Positions 59,381 to 64,000 of a stretch of 64,000 nt of DNA are shown here, piece after piece. The notes beneath the pieces are model-generated. The model had not been told where the DNA came from and did no database searches. It saw only the letters and a list, made by a program, of their open reading frames with translations. Numbering within the stretch: position 1 is the first letter of the stretch; each line of letters starts with the position of its first letter. The stretch comes from Microthyrium microscopicum (Eukaryota). The stretch lies in the NCBI GenBank assembly GCA_010405405.1, contig MU004232.1, positions 2,437,481-2,501,480 of the forward strand, given 5' to 3'. The position numbers and the translations under genes were made by a program.

Positions 59381-61559
59381 ATGACTACTCCTCAGCCTAT
59401 CCTAGACAATGCGCCCATTGCCCCCGCCAACGGAACCGCTATAACAAACGGCAATGGCGCTATACATGACGGACCCGTCAGTCATGGCGATGTCATTTGC
59501 GGTCCGCTCATCAACTACAAGCGCATGAGCAATGAGCTTACTGAGCAACCACTATGGCATGGCAGCGTTCTCATTGTCACCAGGGCCGGCTTAGACACCC
59601 CAGAGCTTCGCCTTGGATGTATAGGGTCCGTCTCTGGCAAAGGACCTGAGGGTGGATTTACACTACCAACTCAAACATTTCCAGGCGAAAAGCTGTATGA
59701 GGATTCGGCGAAAACCTTTTATCGATTCGTCATACAAGCCCCCATTCAAGATTTCGAAGCCAAGTGGGAGTATTCCCTAAGCCAGAACCTCAATGTCGCC
59801 GCGAAAGTTTTCGTTATTCCTTCCAAGCAACAATCGATGCGCATTCTTTTTCATTCCTGCAATGGATTCAGCGTCGGTACGGATGAAGATGCTTGGAGCG
59901 GACCCGCACTATGGAACGATGTCAACCGAGTCCACGCGACCAAACCTTTCCATGTCATGATCGGTGGTGGGGACCAAATCTATAACGACAATGTTCGAGT
60001 CACAGGACCATTGAGAGAATGGACTGATATTGGCGATCCCATCAAAAGGAGAAATTACCTTTTCAACGAGGATATGCGCTTGAAGTGTGACGAACACTAC
60101 TACAATAATTACATCCGATGGTACGGGCAGGAGCCATTCAAGAGCGCAAACTGTATTATTCCACAAATCAATATTTGGGATGATCATGATATCATTGACG
60201 GTTTTGGATCTTACACCGATCACTTCATGAAATGCCATGTTTTCCGCGGAATTGGCGGCGTCGCGCACAAGTATGACTTCTGTTACTACATTTGATCCAC
60301 CGCTAACATCATACAGATATTACCTCCTATTCCAGCATCACATTGCCCCTCCCCCGAGTACATTTACTTCCGATCATGTGGCAAGTCAACATGCAGGCGG
60401 AGCTCCAGATCCTGTGCAATTGGAGAAGAGCTTCGTTCTTTCTGAAACTGTAGAGGATCCATCCTTCATCATCGGACGGAAACCTGGTCCATACGTTGAA
60501 GAGCCTAGCCGAAGCATCTATTGCCAACTGGGTGCGCGTATTGGATTCATTGGGGTCGATGCCAGACAAGAGCGAACGAGACATCAAGTCAATTATCCAG
60601 AGACGTACGATCTAATATTTGATCGGCTTACCAAGGAGTACACAGCACATCCAGAACTACAGCATCTGGTCGTGCTCTTGGGTGTTCCAATCGCATATCC
60701 CCGTCTTACATGGCTCGAAAACATTCTCAGCTCACCACTTATTGCACCCATCAAATTTCTCAACAAGCGCTTTGGACTCGGTGGTTCGTTGTTCAACAAG
60801 TTTGATGGCAAAGTCGATCTTCTGGACGACTTGGATGATCACTACACCGCGCGCCAACACAAGCACGAACGCTGCGAACTCGTTCAACGACTCCAAGTCC
60901 TCGCCAAACAATTCAACGTCCGCGTCACCATCCTCGGTGGCGACGTCCATCTTGCCGCCGTCGGCCGCTTCTACTCCAAACCCAGCCTCAAAATACCCGC
61001 CGAGCAGGACTGGCGCTACATGGTCAATGTAATCTCCAGCGCAATCACCAACAAGCCGCCCCCATCCGGCGTCGCCAACCTCCTCGCCCGCCGCAACAAA
61101 ATCCACCATCTCGACCATGAAACAGACGAAACACTACTCGAATGCTTCGACCACGACCCAGGCATGGCTCCCAATAGCGTACAGCATACAGACACAAACG
61201 TTGCCAGAAAGACTAAGGATACCAACCACGCGACCATGCCTTCTCGCAACTATGCCATCATCACAGAAAGTCAGCCTCTTGGTGCAGAAGCCCAGTCCGT
61301 GCATTCTGAACATCCAGCCCTCAATACCAACAAGCCTAACATGCGTAAACCAATGCACGACGGTGAAAAGGAGGCCGGCACAACCCATCCAGCAGCCAGT
61401 GGAGTAGAGCCCAGTGGACGCGGAGGCCAGTATGGACTTGATGTCACTTTTCGTGTGGAGATCAGCAATAAGGATAAAGAAGGAAACACGGAGGGCTATG
61501 GCTTCACTATTCCTGGATTGAATGCTAGTGCATATGCTCAGGAGGGGACGAAGTGGTAA
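59381..61559 (+). CDS. PhoD-like metallophosphatase domain protein (conserved fungal family); exons 59381-60270 and 60317-61559
   Basis: FHSCNGFS, GGGDQIYND, WDDHDIIDGFGSY and GGDVHLAA motifs; phase-2 intron. Confidence 0.88.
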
Positions 61560-62628
61560 CGTGAGAAAGTTGTGTGGGTATTGTTATTTTTAGGGAATGG
61601 GAGGAAGTCTTGGTTGTGATTGATGGTTGTCTACGTTAAAAGGCCTGGGCGTCTTTAGTTGTTGTTACTTGTACTATACGCTGTTGTACTTGTAGCTGTA
61701 TCGCTTTGGTTGTTTGGATGGATGAATACCCTTTTGTTAATGGAGTGTATTCACTTGTAATGCGTTTCTATATGTAAGATGGGCGGTAGATAGATAAATT
61801 GAGTGATGCTTTGATACTTCTGGGTAATTGATGATTAAGTGTCTGAATACTTTTCGATTTAGACACTCCGTACTGACACTGGTAGGAAGACAATAGAGGC
61901 TCCAGCATATCACTTCAAAGGCATATGGTAGGTCTCTTGTTCAAAATCCAGGTCAAATGTGTGCAGTCACTGGCTGAACAGAATAACTGGCGAGTTCCCA
62001 TCGACTTCGTTGGCCGCCATCCACGTCGCTTCCTTATGACTGCGTTCTTTTCAATCGACCGCGCGAAACAGTTATACTTAATTGATTATGGTCGGAGAAT
62101 ACGTATATTTCGAATGTAGGGATGGTGGCAGCCATCACCGTCCATGAGAGAATGCCGTTTATCCTGCAAGGCTGAATGCCTCGGATATATGGCGAATACT
62201 GCCTGTGGCAACAAGGATAAAAGGCGTCAAAAATGCCACATGGACATTTTTGCAGACGGGAAGGAGCATAGAAGTGGTGGCTTGAGCTTCTGATGTTCCT
62301 CATCAACAAGGCTGCCTTCAATTCTAAACATTTTCTCATCCTTTCTTCTAGCACATTCTACTACTATACCAAGACTCAGCCCCAGTAATCACTTTCCAAT
62401 CCGTGAACTCCTAGGACCAGACAACTCACCGGACCTGCACCTTTGACTGCTCCAACAGCAACAGCTACCAACCCCAGCTCCAGTCTCTCGCCACAGCCCC
62501 ACCAACTACCAGTTAACCATTCCCAGTTAAGAAGCCCTTCCCTCCGCGGTTCGGGCTTATAAAGCTTCAAGCTGGGGACTAAACGCAAGCAATCTTTAAG
62601 CCTGCCATACGGCTCGAGCAAAAAAATC

Positions 62629-64000
62629 ATGACAGTACGTGTTCCTATGCTATACCTTGTGAATATACCCCTGGTAGACCTTCATTCTACTGTTGTTCAG
62701 CAGTCAGGACGTTAGGCGCCCTAGGCTGCACCACTTTACTATCAACACTACGGTTTACTACATAGGCAAGATTCTGACTTTTTGTTCTTCTAGGAAATGC
62801 AAATAGACGATCCTGCCGCAGCAGCGGCTGAACTGAAAGATTCTCATGGCGAAATCGACGAATCGTTGTACAGCCGACAGCTCTACGTCCTGGGCCACGA
62901 GGCCATGAAACGTATGGGTCTGTCGGATGTGTTGGTTGTTGGCCTTCGCGGTCTTGGAGTCGAAATAGCAAAGAACATTGCTCTCGCTGGCGTCAAATCT
63001 CTTACTCTCTACGATCCCAAGCCTGCCCTTCTATCCGACCTCTCCGCTCAATACTTCCTACATCCAGCTGACGTTGGCAAGCCCCGCGCCAGTGTCACAG
63101 TTCCTCGTGTGTCCGAACTGAACCCATATACTCCTATAAAGGAATTGCAGGCAAAGGATTTGACGAGCGATCTTAGCTTGTTGGATCAGTTCAAAGCTAT
63201 TGTGCTTACTGATACCTCACTCAAGGACCAGTTGATCATTGCGGACTATTGCCACAAGAAGGGGATATATTTGGTCATCACGGATACCTTCGGTCTCTTT
63301 GGCACGATCTTCACGGACTTTGGCGCGAACTTTACCTGTGGCGATCCAACAGGCGAAAACGCGCAGACTGGTATCGTGGCTGGCATTGATGACGAGGGTA
63401 TTGTCACCGCATTTGATGAGACACGACATGGCTTGGAAGACGGAGATTTCGTGACATTTCACGAAGTAGAAGGAATGGAAGGTATCCATGATGCTCCGCC
63501 TTTCAAAATTGAGGTGAAAGGACCCTACACGTTCAGCATTGGCGACGTCTCGAAATTTGGCCAATACAAGCGTGGTGGCATATTCACTCAAGTCAAGATG
63601 CCTAAAATCATCGACTTCAAGCCAATGTCAGAAGAGATAAAGAACCCAACACAGCTTATATCCGACTTTGCAAAATTTGACCGACCAATGCAGCTACATG
63701 TTGGTTTTCAAGCACTACACAAGTTTGCAGAATCTCACGGGGCTCTTCCTCGCCCACACAACGATGCGGATGCGGCGCAAATCTTGAAGCTCTCCCAAGA
63801 AATCAATGAAACTCTCGGCGAGAACAAGGCAGAGCTATCCGAAGATTTACTCAAGGAGCTCAGCTATCAAGCTCGTGGCGAACTTGCCCCAATGACTGCT
63901 GTATTTGGTGGACTTGCCGCACAAGAGGTCTTGAAATCTGTATCTGGCAAATTCCACCCAATCGTCCAATGGATGACTTTCGATTCCTTGGAGTCGCTAC
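62629..64000 (+). CDS. UBA1: Ubiquitin-activating enzyme E1, 5' part; 6-nt first coding exon 62629-62634, then 62794 to the window end
   Basis: Manual translation gives EIDESLYSRQLYVLGHEAMKRM, GLRGLGVEIAKNIALAGVKS, RHGLEDGD and GGLAAQEVLKSVSGKFHP; not in the ORF track because it runs off the edge. Confidence 0.97.

Noticed and set aside
59017..59469. 150-aa hydrophobic ORF upstream of the PhoD-like gene
   Set aside because: TTG start, pyrimidine-rich leader composition, and out-of-frame overlap with the real CDS
62635..62793. CCTATG/CATAGG pairing across the UBA1 intron
   Set aside because: Only 6 bp; at most a generic fold shortening the donor-to-branch distance
1..64000. Stop-codon readthrough (TGA-CTA) peroxisomal extensions, transposons, telomeric repeats, rRNA, CRISPR
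   Set aside because: None of the stops I checked has the TGA-CTA context; no transposase or RT ORFs, terminal repeats, RIP-like AT-rich blocks or spacer arrays were seen

Overview
Gene-dense chromosome segment from a filamentous ascomycete (Pezizomycotina), with short GT-AG introns and CTRAC branch sites. About 23 genes could be modelled by hand. Conserved genes: ER glucosidase I (CWH41), the AAA ATPase RIX7, RNase H1, cytoplasmic dynein heavy chain, a PITH protein, TCP1/CCT1, a glutamine-dependent NAD+ synthetase, a PhoD-like protein and the 5' part of UBA1. More variable genes: a NACHT/NLR-like protein, a GT69 mannosyltransferase, a SET protein with a signal peptide, a GNAT-like protein, a desaturase-like protein, an I9 inhibitor, a NIF/HAD-like protein, a PLC-like protein, a cupin next to a UbiA prenyltransferase, and several orphans. 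No transposon, tRNA, rRNA or CRISPR could be supported. The most interesting signals are post-transcriptional. UBA1 has a candidate CUG-initiated N-terminal extension with an NLS-like motif, and similar near-cognate extensions lie upstream of RNase H1 and the GNAT gene. RIX7 and the NAD synthetase have unusually long introns in which alternative splice sites are buried in predicted hairpins. One small disordered protein carries clustered D-box, ABBA and KEN motifs, and the HAD-like protein has a tandem SUMO-interacting-motif array. All models and pairings were derived by eye; no database search or folding program was run.
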